The position numbers and the translations under genes were made by a program. Under the pieces are notes generated by a model that did no database searches, was not told the DNA's origin, and saw nothing but the letters and a program-made list of their open reading frames with translations. A stretch of 63,492 bases of DNA, counting the filler, from Squatina squatina (lineage: Eukaryota): the NCBI GenBank assembly GCA_031763465.1. It is 4 parts of 4 records of this genome, joined end to end, with 100 filler letters (N's around TTAATTAATTAA, not from the genome) between each part and the next. Parts side by side here need not be neighbours in the genome. Positions count along the whole stretch, not along the records: positions 22,346 to 35,277 come from JARFOE010000192.1; positions 35,378 to 50,499 come from JARFOE010000219.1; 2 more parts are not named here. One strand, given 5' to 3'. Positions 34,859 through 47,598 of this stretch are shown piece by piece (the stretch's first letter is position 1; each line of letters starts with the position of its first letter).

Positions 34859-35035
34859 CTACTGCTGAATTTTTCTGATAATCTCAGCAGACACCGGCGG
34901 GTGGAAATTGATGGTGTGATGCCTCAGACCCTGCGCAGTCTTGTAGCTCTTCCCACAACGGCATTTAAATGGTTTGCGGACACGTATCTGAGTCCGATGG
35001 CCATTCTTTGCATGGTATTTTATACCATTTACATT
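34859..35035 (-). CDS. JAZF1: Juxtaposed with another zinc finger 1, last coding exon
   Basis: catcag|NVNGIKYHAKNGHRTQIRVRKPFKCRCGKSYKTAQGLRHHTINFHPPVSAEIIRKIQQ*. Confidence 0.98.
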   Translation of the reverse strand, partial: NVNGIKYHAKNGHRTQIRVRKPFKCRCGKSYKTAQGLRHHTINFHPPVSAEIIRKIQQ

Positions 35036-35321
35036 CTGATGAGGAAACAAAAGCAGAATTAAGTTACAACTCAATATAAAAATGCACAAATACAATTAAT
35101 ATTGAGTAAACAAAGTTCAAAATTATTTTGATTCACTCATGGGTGATTCATTAAAAAGAATAAATTCCAGTACCATCCCAAATTAAAATGCTTTGGTTGA
35201 TCTGCTTAATGACTATACATTTAAATCTCCCATAATTTTAATGTGGCTTTTCCTCCAAATTGTTCTTCAGCTGTTTANNNNNNNNNNNNNNNNNNNNNNN
35301 NNNNNNNNNNNNNNNNNNNNN

Positions 35322-35333
35322 TTAATTAATTAA
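35322..35333. other. Artificial scaffolding linker TTAATTAATTAA
   Basis: Flanked by 44 N on each side. Confidence 0.97.
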
Positions 35334-35377
35334 NNNNNNNNNNNNNNNNNNNNNNNNNNNNNNNNNNNNNNNNNNNN

Positions 35378-35485
35378 AACAGAACGAATGGGAGGAAGGT
35401 AGAGTGAGAGAGAAACAGAACGAATGGAGGGAGAAAGGTGGAGTGAGAGAAACAGAACGAATGGGAGGGAGAAAGGTGGAGTGAA
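35378..35485. repeat. ~37-bp purine-rich tandem repeat (3 units)
   Basis: aaacagaacgaatgggagggagaaaggtggagtgagag-like unit repeated three times. Confidence 0.85.
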
Positions 35486-36684
35486 TGAATGAGACACACA
35501 GACACAAATACACAGGACAGGGCAGCAAGAAATTGATAGAATGAGAGGGCAAGAAAGAGATCTGATGAGACAGATGAGAACTGGAAAGGGAAAGGGGGGA
35601 CAAGAAGGAGAAAATAGGCGACAAAGAAGGATGGAGAAAGTGCATGCAAGAGGTAGTGTGAATTGAATCATTCAGCGTGTAGCATTAATGATGACTGGCA
35701 GGCTTCAGTGACAAGGAAGCAGCTCAGAGTTACTGCTTCCTGCCTCACCAGCCCACAGCCTACTAATTAAAATATCTAGAGCCTTTCATTAGATCTTTTT
35801 TACTCTTCCTTCACTAATAAAACCTTTTGATTTACTCGAACAACAATGGAAGACATTGTTGCAAATATAACAGAGAGAGGAGTATTACCACAGTGGGATT
35901 TGCCTGCACCTGAACTGAGGGCAAGATAATTACACCAAGTTTTGCTCTCATGATCTAATAACCAGCTATAAGTCACCTGAATAAGCAGCTAGCAGATAAT
36001 TAATGTTTAATTCAAAGCTCTTTAATCTCTTACTGGTGTGCCAATCCGCCAATTATGAAATAATGGCACGCTGCTCAGTTGGGTTACAGCTCAAGGGTTA
36101 GAGGTCACTTATCAACAGACCAAACATGTGGAAGTTCAAGGAATTGGTGATGCTGGGGCAGGTGAGTCTGCAGCTGATGGCCCATTAGCACTGGCAACAA
36201 CTGCCCACCATCCTTTCCTTTATGGCCCCCCTCCCCCCATCAATTCTCTCGATCGGCCAATTGGGGTGGAGGATCTAAGGTGAGAGAACGAAAGAAAAGG
36301 TAAACAAAGCTACTTTGGTGGGGCGGTCGATGGGATGTTATAATTGATCTCAGCGACCTTGCACCAGGGAGCAGAAGAATTTGGACAATAACAGAAAAGG
36401 GGTGGGCACAGCTGTAATGCCTTCCGTGGTTGGATAGCCCACTCACATTCACTGGCCAGGCTCGCACATGGGGATGGGATAAGAATGGCCACTTGAATAC
36501 AGCCACTGCAACAACAGCAATTCAATAGTGGTATACAAGACTACTCTAGTCCTTCAGCAAAGCCTTTTCCCTTTAAGAGCAGGGAAGGCTTCCAAGAGAA
36601 GCTTCAGGATGAAGAGTGTGGACTTTTAGCACCAGAACTGGGAGCGTTGACTTCCAAGCCCCTCCTCTGCATTCCTGATTTGCA

Positions 36685-36830
36685 GTTATCGCACCTTTCA
36701 CAACTGCAGGACATCCCAAATGGCTTCACATCCTTAGAAGTACTTTTGAAGTGTAGTCACTGTTGTAATGTAGGGAAAGGCAGTAGCCAATTTGCACACA
36801 GCAAGCTCCCACAAACAGAAATGAGATGAA
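36685..36830 (-). mobile_element. Deu-SINE 3' fragment
   Basis: gaagtacttttgaagtgtagtcactgttgtaatgtagg...caatttgcacacagcaagctccc. Confidence 0.8.
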
Positions 36831-36835
36831 TGACC

Positions 36836-36988
36836 AGGTGTCAACTGTGGCTCAGTGGGTAGCACACTGGCCTCTGAGTCAGAAGGTTGTGGGTTCAAGT
36901 CCCATTCCTGGGACTTGAGCACATAAACCTTAGGCTGACACTCCAGTGCAGTGCTGAGAGTGCTGCACTGTCAGAGGTGCCATCTTTC
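36836..36988 (+). mobile_element. Deu-SINE 5' tRNA-derived head
   Basis: A-box tggctcagtgggtagcac and B-box gggttcaagtccc, with the same body as 17590. Confidence 0.85.
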
Positions 36989-38119
36989 NNNNNNNNNNNN
37001 NNNNNNNNNNNNNNNNNNNNNNNNNNNNNNNNNNNNNNNNNNNNNNNNNNNNNNNNNNNNNNNNNNNNNNNNNNNNNNNNNNNNNNNNCTGGCTGATATA
37101 TTTAGCGAGCACGCGCCCTGGTTCAGCCACTTTGTGGTTATTTTCAGATCTATAAGAAAGTAATGTTTACCTCTACATCCAAGCGCAACGAGCCTCGCTT
37201 TAGAGGAGGTGGGGAGAGGAAACGGCCTACCCAATGTGAGCGCAGGGAGCTCTGGCCTGTGGTTGTTTGCCACGCTTCACAACAGGAAGGAACTTGGCTT
37301 TGTGTAGTCCTTACTGATGTGAAATGATTTATATTTTTTTTTTCCCTTCCAAGACAAGATAGACTACAGGCCTGAACAGAATCTCGCTCGTCTCTGAACT
37401 ATAGAAAAAAAGGGTTCGGCAGGAAATTGTAACAACATTTTCAGAATTATTTTTATATAAATAAAAAGTTCCTTGCAGCGTTGCAGATAGTGGAGATGAT
37501 CAACCCGCCCTATCTCGCTCTCGCCATCAGCTGACCTCCAAAGGATAGGCCTTGTTTCATAAGCACTGAGCATCTCAGTGTTGTCAAACTGCCATGTCTT
37601 GTCATTCACATAGGTACTGCTTGTGTTTGCCCCGTACGGAGCGCAGACTTTCTCCCTGGCTGTAACCCACTCACCCAAACCCATGGAGGTTAGACATAGG
37701 TTGGGACTTGGGAGGAACCAAGGTTTGCAGACTCTGCCTCCCCCCCCCAGGAGTTCATTGTGGTACAGTCTGCTCGTGATTCAAAATTGCGTCGTTCAAA
37801 TTATCTGATGGCTCAAGTTTAGTTTTGGCATTAAACTCCCAGTTTACCACTATTAAATTATTGGATAATTTCATATTTTTAGCAGCAAAAACAGTTTTGA
37901 ATTCTCGGAGCAGTTAAAATCATCGAAGGACAAATACCAGCTGTGGGACTGTACCCAGGAAGAGGTCCGGTTCCATGGGTGGCTCAGGAGAGGGGAGGGA
38001 AGACAAGTGATGCTAAAATAAAAGAAAACATGTCAGGGATAATGGATACTCAGGCATTATCTGGTCAGATCTGTGCATAACCAACAGACCCACAACATTA
38101 AACCTCCAACTGAATTATT

Positions 38120-38410
38120 TGTGTGATAGCCTAGTTATGGTATTGGAATAGCAATCCCAAATGGTTGGGAGTTCAAATCTCATCATGGCAAGTTGGGAAA
38201 TTTGTGGGCTGGCATCTGGGAAATTGACCATGAAAGCTGCCAGATTGTTGTTAAAAAGAACTGGTTCACTAATGTCTATCTCTAGCCAGTCTGGCCTACN
38301 NNNNNNNNNTCCAGTCCCACACTATGTTGATTCTTAATGCCCTTAGGGCAACTGGAGATGGACAATAAATGTAACCTTATCAGCATTGCCCAATTCCTGA
38401 GAACAAATAT
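38120..38410 (+). mobile_element. tRNA-derived shark SINE with LINE-type tail
   Basis: B-box gagttcaaatctc, body aactggttcactaatgtc...ccagtctggcctac, tail gggcaactggagatggacaataaatg. Confidence 0.7.
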
Positions 38411-39374
38411 ACACTTTTTTTTAAAAAAAGGACCTTAATGGTTGTAGACTGGTTGTGTGTAGAGGTTATTCAAGCTAGTCACTGGCCATGGAAAGGATCT
38501 ATAGGCCTCATCTAAGCTTGCTCACTAGTCCAGAATAACCTTCCACAGCACACAAATAAATCTTTTCCACTGGGCACATTTAATCTGTGTTAATGGAAGG
38601 CTGTAGAGTTCATTGAAGAACTCCAAGTTTTTAAAAAGTTATCGGTAGTAATTTTATAAACTGTCACCCAGATATTCCCTCCCAAATCAACTGGTCTACA
38701 CCTTAATGTAGGGATAAACTACAAAGATTGGAATGGCAATGGAACACTTAAGAGTGAGGAATCGGTAAGCTACAAAAAGATGCTCTTTATCCTTCTCTCC
38801 TCTCCCAGGTCCGAGTTCTTGCCTTTTATTGACCCAAAGGTCTCTATGTCAGTGAAGAGTAATCACATTTCCTCTGGAGACAATCAACAGGAATAATAAT
38901 GGGATTGATCACCTTGGAACAGAGAAGGTTCAAGGTAAATTTAATAAAGATGTTCAAATTATGAGGGGTTTTGATAAAGTAAATAAGGAGAAACTGTTTC
39001 ATGCCAGATATGATCTCCAACCATGCCTCTGTGACCTCCCACACAGTCGCTGCCTGCAAAGAGCCAAGTTATTTGTCAAGGTCTCAACCCACACTGCCCT
39101 CAAAGATGGGCAGAGAGCTGCATCTCCCTACTCTGCCACGCAACATCATTAAAGGCACCGTTACATTCTTGCCGTTCACGGAGGTCGTCCCGGGCACCCA
39201 ACGCCTTAAGTTCATTCAGTACTGATTGGACACCTTGCAATGTTGGCACCGGGAGATCCATAAATCAGTTCAATCAGCAGCAAGTGCACTTCTACCATAC
39301 GCTGCTAAGATCGTAAATCCCAGCCTTCCAACTATGTAGGCAAGCCAGCACCCTGTGGTGTAACCACCGCATTA

Positions 39375-40066
39375 AACACCCAACACTGCCACACATACAC
39401 ACTGTACCCTATCCAACTCCCCACCCATTCACACACAAACTGTACCCCTTCCAAGACCCAAGTCTCACACACACTGTAACACACGCCACTATCCACCCAT
39501 TCACACACACACTGTACCCCATCCAACTCCAAACCCTCACACTCATTGTACCCCAAACAACACCCAACTTTTACATAGACTGTACCCCATTAAACACCTG
39601 ACCCTTTCGCACACACCGCACTCGATCCAACTCCCCACCCTTTCACACACACACCGTACTCAAACCAACTCCCCAACAATTCACACACACACTGTACCCC
39701 ATCCAACACCCCACTCTCACACACACTGTACCCCATCCAACTCCCCACCCTTTCACACACACTGTACCCCATCCAACACCCCACTCTCACACACACTGTA
39801 CCCCATCCAATTCCCCACCTTTTCACACACACCGCACTCGATCCAATTCCCCACCCTTTCACACACACTGTACCCCATCCAACTCCCGGCGCTCACACAC
39901 ACTCCACCCCATTAAACACCCCACTCTTTCACACACACCATACTCGATCCAAATCCCCACCTTTTCTCACACACCAGACCCGATCCAAGTCCCCACCCTT
40001 TTACATGCACACACTGTACCACATCCAACTCCCCAAACCTTCACACAAACACTCTACCCCATCCAA
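39375..40066. repeat. CA-rich ~36-38-bp minisatellite array
   Basis: cacacactgtaccccatccaactccccaccctttca repeated with variants, running into a gap. Confidence 0.95.
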
Positions 40067-40911
40067 NNNNNNNNNNNNNNNNNNNNNNNNNNNNNNNNNN
40101 NNNNNNNNNNNNNNNNNNNNNNNNNNNNNNNNNNNNNNNNNNNNNNNNNNNNNNNNNNNNNNNNNNTGAGACAGTCTGGCAGTGTATTGAAAGCTCTGTT
40201 AATCATACAATATTAATTTCCTAACACCCTAATTACCATAATTTAAGCATCTTGCGGTAATACAGCACGTCAAAGGAAGCTCAGCCAGGCAGCTGTTCAA
40301 TCCGAGTTCCATGCGGGGGAGTCCGTTTCTATCGTTTTAGTCTGTCCCAAACTCTGGAGACTGTTGTCTTTTGCTTGATGTCGCAATTTATTCATATGTT
40401 TACCGACAGCCTCAGCCAAAAGGTCCTGCATTCAGTAACTCATTACTACTCAACACTTGCACTGTGAATGAGATATTCACACTCTTTGCCCCCGTGCATT
40501 CACCTCCAGCACAGAGCACTGCTCCCACTCTCAGTGCAGACAAAACATTTATAACTGACCTAGGCATAATGGTTCCCAAGTGTGAGTCACGAGGCAGTGT
40601 AATTGTAGTTTATACAGGGCTTAATTGTAACACAGGGACAACCAGGGCAGTTGTGATGTCAATACTGACGTGTATCATGGGCGCTATTGAAGTAATGCTT
40701 CAATTTTTGATGCATGGGTCATTGTTGAACTAACCACTCTGTTGATCCAAACTACTTGCTCCTTCCATAATTTCCACTCACTGTTCTGAAATCTTGGCAC
40801 AACTAGTAAAGAGGCCCAGGCATAGGACTAAAAATGTGCTGATGGCGCGGGCCTGTGCTTCAACTGGAAGGCTTTGTGTCCACCACTTCGAAAAGAAAGA
40901 AAAAGGGTAGT

Positions 40912-40998
40912 GCCCTTCACAACCTCAGGCCATCCCAAAGTGTTTTACAGCCAATGAAGTCCTATTTTTGAAGTGTAGTCACTGTTGTAATGTAGGAA
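40912..40998 (-). mobile_element. Deu-SINE tail fragment
   Basis: catcccaaagtgttttacagccaatgaagt...tgaagtgtagtcactgttgtaatgtagg. Confidence 0.75.
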
Positions 40999-42043
40999 TA
41001 TATAAGTATGGAATATCTAACCCCCCCATTGAGTAATATGAAGGAGGTGGGACCTCGCTGTGTCNNNNNNNNNNNNNNNNNNNNNNNNNNNNNNNNNNNN
41101 NNNNNNNNNNNNNNNNNNNNNNNNNNNNNNNNNNNNNNNNNNNNNNNNNNNNNNNNNNNNNNNNGAGGCTCTTCAAATTGAGCTTGTTTTTTTAGGTGCA
41201 AAGGCCCTAGTAGGCACTTTTTAAAAGGTTTTAAATATTAAAAAATATTTAATTTACTAAGAAGCTGACTCGTGTAGACCAATGAAACTAGCAAACGGTT
41301 CAGTATAGTTTTTTAAAAGTGATTTTCAGTGATTTAAAATCAGGTTACTCATAGGGGTCGGTCTAAACACTTAATAAAAATGCTTATTTTTTGTGATAAA
41401 CCCATTTTCACTTGTATTACTAAAACTGCGCCAGATACATCAATATAAATATTTTTTACTGCAAGAGGTAAAAAGAAACCATTACATCCTGTCATGCTGC
41501 CCGATTGCACTGGTTCATGGGAGATTTTACATTTGTGTTATGCAGATGAGTTTGAGCAGAAATATAGGCCATAAATTCGCTTCGGAAAATCAGTGCAATT
41601 TCAAGCATAATTTGTGCCCAGATTGGTGATTGCACCCAAAGCAGAAACTTTACGCCAGGGGGTTTTCAGTGTCCGAGTGGACAGACCAAGGACAGCTGGA
41701 AAGAAAGAATGAAAGCGCAAACAATTTGAAAGAAGTAATTGGGGATTGTTCGGCAGCTAATGCTCGGGTTAGATTGTGTGCCTGTTGATGGGGGCGTGAC
41801 ATTGCTGTGATGCAGAGATATTAGGGACCTCAGACAGACCATTTAACAGTCTTTCTTTGCTCACTGAAGCCGTCACACTGTGATTGTGTATCTCAGCACG
41901 AGATAGAAGGAGTTTGATGGACTGAATAACCTTTACTCATTCCACTGATTGTTAAAACTTTCCCTTCTGTCCAAGTAATAACAGTTATTACCACTTCAGG
42001 GCTAACAAAGGCTTATTGCAAGCAACAGTGCCAAGCAAGCCCC

Positions 42044-42056
42044 AGGTCAAAGGTCA
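42044..42056 (+). promoter_or_regulatory. Perfect DR1 nuclear-receptor element
   Basis: AGGTCA A AGGTCA. Function untested. Confidence 0.45.
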
Positions 42057-42279
42057 TGTCAGGCCATCCTTTCACTGCAACAAAGCCTTTGACCCTCATT
42101 ATCTGTGGCAATCAGATGGACAATGCAACAGCTACCAGAGTTCTGTGCAAACAGAGTCAGGAGAAAGAAATATATTTAAAACACAGTAAAAAAAAANNNN
42201 NNNNNNCTTCAAATATATAGAGAAGCTCTACCTACCTAAAGAAACTGCAAAGTTTGTGATAAGAGTCAACAGGCCTCAG

Positions 42280-42640
42280 TCGGGTTGCCATTAGCAACCT
42301 TCCAGAAGTGTCCTGCAGACTCCAGGAATTGCAGTCTATTGTCCAGAACACTGCTACCAGTAAATCTGGGAGAAAAATCAAAGGGGCGTTAAAAAGAATT
42401 GTGTTTTTATTTCATTTGCTTTGAACAATTTTACTTATTGGCTGCAAAAATATTGTAGGTGAGAAAAAAGATAGTTATCAAAGCAACTGTCATTTCCCCG
42501 ATGGTGTGGGAATGGCAGTGCGCCGAGACAATGGGTGTGTTGAGCGACCAATGGCAGGTGCATGGGAGCGGATCTAATAGAGGCAGGAGGCCATCTGATG
42601 AAACCTCCAGAAATATGTTTAACCAGAGTTGGCAACCCTA
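42280..42640. mobile_element. hAT-type non-autonomous element
   Basis: TIRs tcgggttgcca ... tggcaacccta (TAGGGTTGCCA type). Confidence 0.75.
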
Positions 42641-44759
42641 GGCCAAAAACAAAAGTATTTTGCTTTCTAATGGCAGCCTAAGTCAACTGCTTGTCTGCAA
42701 GTTGGAAATAGCGTCATTGGAAATGTCAACTATTGTTGTGACTGCAACATGGATACAGAAGTGAACCGAAGAATCAGTCTTCNNNNNNNNNNNNNNNNNN
42801 NNNNNNNNNNNNNNNNNNNNNNNNNNNNNNNNNNNNNNNNNNNNNNNNNNNNNNNNNNNNNNNNNNNNNNNNNNNNNNNNNNGGAGTCCCCCCCCACCAG
42901 CTCTCCCCACCCGACCATCTCCCCGACAGTTAGCGGGCAGGTTGTAGCGCCACTGAAACTGGCTTCTGTGTTCCTGGGCTAGGGATAGAAATGGTCAGCC
43001 GAGGCTGGGGGAGGGGCTCGAAGTTCCCGATCCAGTGACCCCCTGTTGTCAAGTGCGGGGTTACCTGGAGGTCAGACGAGGGCAGGGCTGTGATGCCCCC
43101 CATGCATAAATAGTTTGCCAATAAAGTGTGGCTGGCACCATTGAGCCGCCCGCCACCATCAACCATTCTGCACTTTGTCAGATACTGTCTCACGTTATTT
43201 AGCACATGCGCAAAAATTGGATGGAAACGTGATGGTTAGAGGAAATATCTGGTTGCCCCGGCTACACTGCAAATGACCATGCAAAGCTGAAACTAACCAA
43301 AGTATTTTGAATTATGTATAAGAGTGAGGAGTCACCCTGGCAACGAAAGCAATTCCCTCCAGTTCCAGACAGGTCCTCAAGACAATGATGCTCTCGGTAT
43401 CATGGGAGCCTAATAACTGATTGATAAATGATCCTAAAGATAGTTACAGAATGGTAATCGAGAGCTTTGGGTTGCTAAAAACCGTGAGTCTGTATCTGGC
43501 AAAGTGCAGAATGGTGCAATTGAATATGCAGAGTTGGGACTGTCGCCCACCAGTGTGTCTGGGTCACAGGGCTGAAGGAAGAAGGACGGCTTTATGGGGA
43601 GGGATTTAGTCATCGGCTGTTGGAACTGCTTCCACTTACTATTGGCAAATGAATGGGATCATCCCCACTATCAGCGAGCCACTCATTGCAAGTACCCCGG
43701 CATGTTAATTCCAAACNNNNNNNNNNNNNNNNNNNNNNNNNNNNNNNNNNNNNNNNNNNNNNNNNNNNNNNNNNNNNNNNNNNNNNNNNNNNNNNNNNNN
43801 NNNNNNNNNNNNNNNNCATGGCTGAATATTCACATTGGTCATGAAGCGAATAGTTCAGGCAAAGGTAAATATCAATGTGACTCATCTCTCTGCTCCTAAA
43901 GGACGCCATCCCTGCACCTCTGTTCTCACTCCAACATTAGTGATGCCCCCATGGCCGAATAGTCAAATAAAAAAAATCAAAAGTGGGGAGGCAAAACCAC
44001 TTTTTAAGGTAAGTGATCCACTTTTTCACTTTCTAACAATGCCGACAACCCCATTTATGTTTAAAAAAATCACGATTTAAAGAAAAATTGCTCATTTTCT
44101 TGATAATTCATTGCTGGGTGACACCACCAAAAAAACCAGGCGGTGTCACGGCTATATTTAATAACTAGTAACTTACCTTAATTGTCAGGCGGCCGGCCAT
44201 TTTTAGCATTGCGCACACTGATGACATCATTGATGCCACCAAGTGCCGTACACTGAGTCTCTGGCACTGCATGGGCTCCGACGAATTGCCCAGCAATGCA
44301 GTTAACGAAGAAAAACGGCATTCAGGGTCGAACGCTGATTTAACTCTATTTTCCGACGGGAGGTAAGTATCGAATTGGCCACCCTATATTTTTACAATGT
44401 TAAAATTTATATTTCATCTAAGACAGTGTAGTTTCTCTTCAAACCAATGATTTTATTTGTTTCCTTTATCAGGTGAAAACAAAAATGTGCTGCAAGTGTT
44501 TTCTATTTAAGTCATTTATTATTTTAGTGAAATGAAGGAAAACTTACTGCTAATTTTATAAAGCCATAAAGAATTGTGTGTTAACACAGGTGTGTGAGCA
44601 CCTGGTTTTAAACCTAATTTTTCCCATTGATATTAGCATGAACATTTAAATAAGTTGGTTAATATACATGTGGTGTATTTCCATCAGCCCAGTTTTTAAG
44701 GGCACAATGGATATTGTAGGAACAGAAAAGGCCATCAGGCCTAAAAGCTGATGTGTTTC

Positions 44760-44990
44760 ATGCTTTTATTAAATCGAGCATGAATACTCCTAATTTGGAG
44801 GTTTATTAACTCTAAAATGTCTTTCCATGTGCAACCCCAATGTTTTCTACTGGTAGACCAGGTGGTCATGTACCTGGCAGGTGGTTGCAAACAGGATGGA
44901 CGTGCTGTCCCTGTCCTCTGGATTGCTGATCAGATCAGGACGAAATTCAAAGACTTGTGGAAAAAGTCCAATGAGCAGGCTAACACTAGT
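44760..44990 (+). mobile_element. Myb/SANT-like ORF remnant of a PIF/Harbinger transposon
   Basis: TWQVVANRMDVLS / PVLWIADQIRTKFKDLWKK (one frameshift) fits the trihelix pattern W..VA......T..Q.R.K..DL. Confidence 0.5.
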
Positions 44991-46876
44991 GGGTAAAAAA
45001 GGGGCAAAGCACATATCTGGATTATGAGGTCATATGTGGCTTCACGACACGATGCAAGAGTACGCATGGACTGCAAGTGGTATCAAGCTCCACATGCGCA
45101 GACAACTCAATTTGGCCATTGATGTGCGTTCACAGTTGTATGGAAAGAACAGACTGTTTGGCAAAGGCAGGTGACTGGAACTGGAGGAGGAGGTGCAACA
45201 TGATGCGGGGGTGGGGTGGAGGAGAAACAGAACCACGCTTTTGAAGCAAGACTAAACTGCAGTCAGGTTACTCTGTGTCAGAGACAAGGGTTTCAGATCC
45301 TCCTCGTGATCTCCTTCGTAATGCTACCCTGAGCCCCAAATGAAACTCGACTCACCACTCCTGCAAAGCTATCCGTGACCTCTGCCAAGGTTTGATTTCA
45401 TTCTCTTGACCTGGCTGTCTGCTGTTCAGAAAATCTTTAATTTTGCACTGATTAAAAATTTACATTCTATGACTTCATTTCTTTGCTGCTTCGAGCTGTA
45501 TGTCACGTCTGCAGTCANNNNNNNNNNNNNNNNNNNNNNNNNNNNNNNNNNNNNNNNNNNNNNNNNNNNNNNNNNNNNNNNNNNNNNNNNNNNNNNNNNN
45601 NNNNNNNNNNNNNNNNNACTAAGCAAGAACAAGGAAGCGCTTGACTGACAATGTCAGGAGAGACTTGTCACAGAACGGGATATAAATGACTCAAGCAGCC
45701 AGGTTAGTTAAGAACCGATAACAGGGGAGTGAATTAATTATGCCCCATTGTTGTTGCTGAGTTGACGGACATGAGTGTAGTAGCAGTAGTAGTAGTAACA
45801 ACTGGTGAGAATTAGTTGGCAGGGAGATCGACTAAATTTGAGCCCTCTAGATTTACACGGAGTTACTAAATGTGTGCGCCCCACCTCTGCTGCACCTTAA
45901 CCCCCCCCCAATCACCAGCCGCACCATTACTTGACCTGTTTTACATTCTCCAGATTTACACAGTAAACTAATAGGGTGTACTGGAACCTCTAACACTGCG
46001 GTCGGATCTGCTTTTGGAAAAACATACGAACAAATCAATCTGCTCTCAGCTGTGAGGCCTGAAACCTGACAGTGTGGAGCAATGTGACTGATAGAATTAC
46101 ACTGAATCACAGCCAATAGCACTTCANNNNNNNNNNNNNNNNNNNNNNNNNNNNNNNNNNNNNNNNNNNNNNNNNNNNNNNNNNNNNNNNNNNNNNNNNN
46201 NNNNNNNNNNNNNNNNNNNNNNNNNNAGAAAAACGAGCCAAATGTTCAAATGTGACGGAGCAGAAATACTTTGATGGAACTGATGGGGTTAACCATGTTT
46301 GTCAGAATAAACTAAAATTTCTGCTGGTGTTATTTTTAGCGACAGAGGGTCCCTAATGATTAATGAAGGAATGAAGTACAAGGCCTGCATTGTTTTCTCT
46401 GTCTGTCTACACGTGTCCTGCCCCTGGGCCTGAAACCTAATCCCCAGCTGCAGCCTGACCTTTGTATGAGCTGAGGTCAGCAGAATATCGAGATATGCCC
46501 AGATTCACCAACTTGACTTTAACCCTTAAGTTGCTCTGGTTCCTATCGGAGCTCTCAAGAGCAGTCAAACAGCTCCGGGTAATGAAGTGACAATATCTAT
46601 CTAATGGTCGCACTTTTAAAAAATATTTATTCCCTGGATGTGGGCAACGCTGGCAATGCCAGCATTTATTGCCCATCCCTAGTTGCCCTGAGGATACTGA
46701 GTCAACCACTTAATGTGAAAGAAAGACCTGCATTTATATAGCTCCTTTCACAGTCTCAGGACATCCCAAAGTGCTTNNNNNNNNNNNNNNNNNNNNNNNN
46801 NNNNNNNNNNNNNNNNNNNNNNNNNNNNNNNNNNNNNNNNNNNNNNNNNNNNNNNNNNNNNNNNNNNNNNNNNNNN

Positions 46877-47095
46877 ATCTCAAAAAGGAGGCTGTTCGGC
46901 CTGTCGTTCCCGTGTCAGCTCTTTGAAAGAGCCATCCAGCTCCCCAGCTCTTTCCCCATAGCCATACAAAGTCTTCCGTTTCATGTATAATTTCAATTTC
47001 TTTTTGAAAGTTCTTACTAAATTTGCTTCCATCACCCTTTCAAGCAGTGCATTTCAGGTTGTAACAATTTGTTGTCAAACCCATCTCCCAGTGGA
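46877..47095 (-). mobile_element. CR1 3' end
   Basis: ggaggctgttcggcctgtc...ccccatagcc...gcttccatcaccctttcaagcagtgcatttcagg. Confidence 0.75.
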
Positions 47096-47464
47096 AAGCT
47101 CTGGTCATGTGTCATCACTCCTAGTGATATTGTAATCAAAACATGAATTGTATAACTGGATATATATCTTTGACATTAATTAAATTGGAATTTAATGTTA
47201 CTTCAACGTCCAAAGGTAATTTGGTGTAGAATCGCATCACATCTCCGGCTCATCACTATTGGTGTGTGTTGGTGCTTTCTCAAACTTGCTCTTCTCTTTC
47301 CTTTCCTTTTACACTCCCCATACATCAATTAACCTTTGGTTGTTTTAAAAAAAAATAAAAAATTAAAAAATTATTGCCTAACCTCCTATGATCTATATTG
47401 GTGGAAAAAGCTGCATGTCTTCATTTGCAGGGTTCTGCTAGTGAAGGCCGTATAACCTGGTAAA

Positions 47465-47598
47465 ATGGCGGAAGCAGACTGGGAGCTGAATAAGGAAAAT
47501 GTGCAGCCTTTGAAACAAGGCCGAGATGTGAGTACACTTCAGGATGTACTTGCACAGCATGAAGGCCCAAGTCAGATCAGTATCCAGGAGCAGAAACT
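47465..47598 (+). CDS. BUB1B: BUBR1 mitotic checkpoint protein, first coding exon (KEN1 box)
   Basis: Acceptor at 47430, in-frame TAA at 47453, then [46 protein letters not shown]|gtgagt. Confidence 0.93.

Noticed and set aside
22246-35377. Novel linkage of TRAK2, the HoxA-flanking genes and BUB1B
   Set aside because: The blocks are joined by artificial linkers, so adjacency is not evidence of linkage.
35322-35671. Hydrophobic ORFs on the minus strand (also 39590-39868 and 50548-50748)
   Set aside because: Translations of low-complexity and tandem-repeat DNA.
36836-36905. tRNA gene
   Set aside because: The A/B boxes continue directly into the SINE body, so it is a SINE head.
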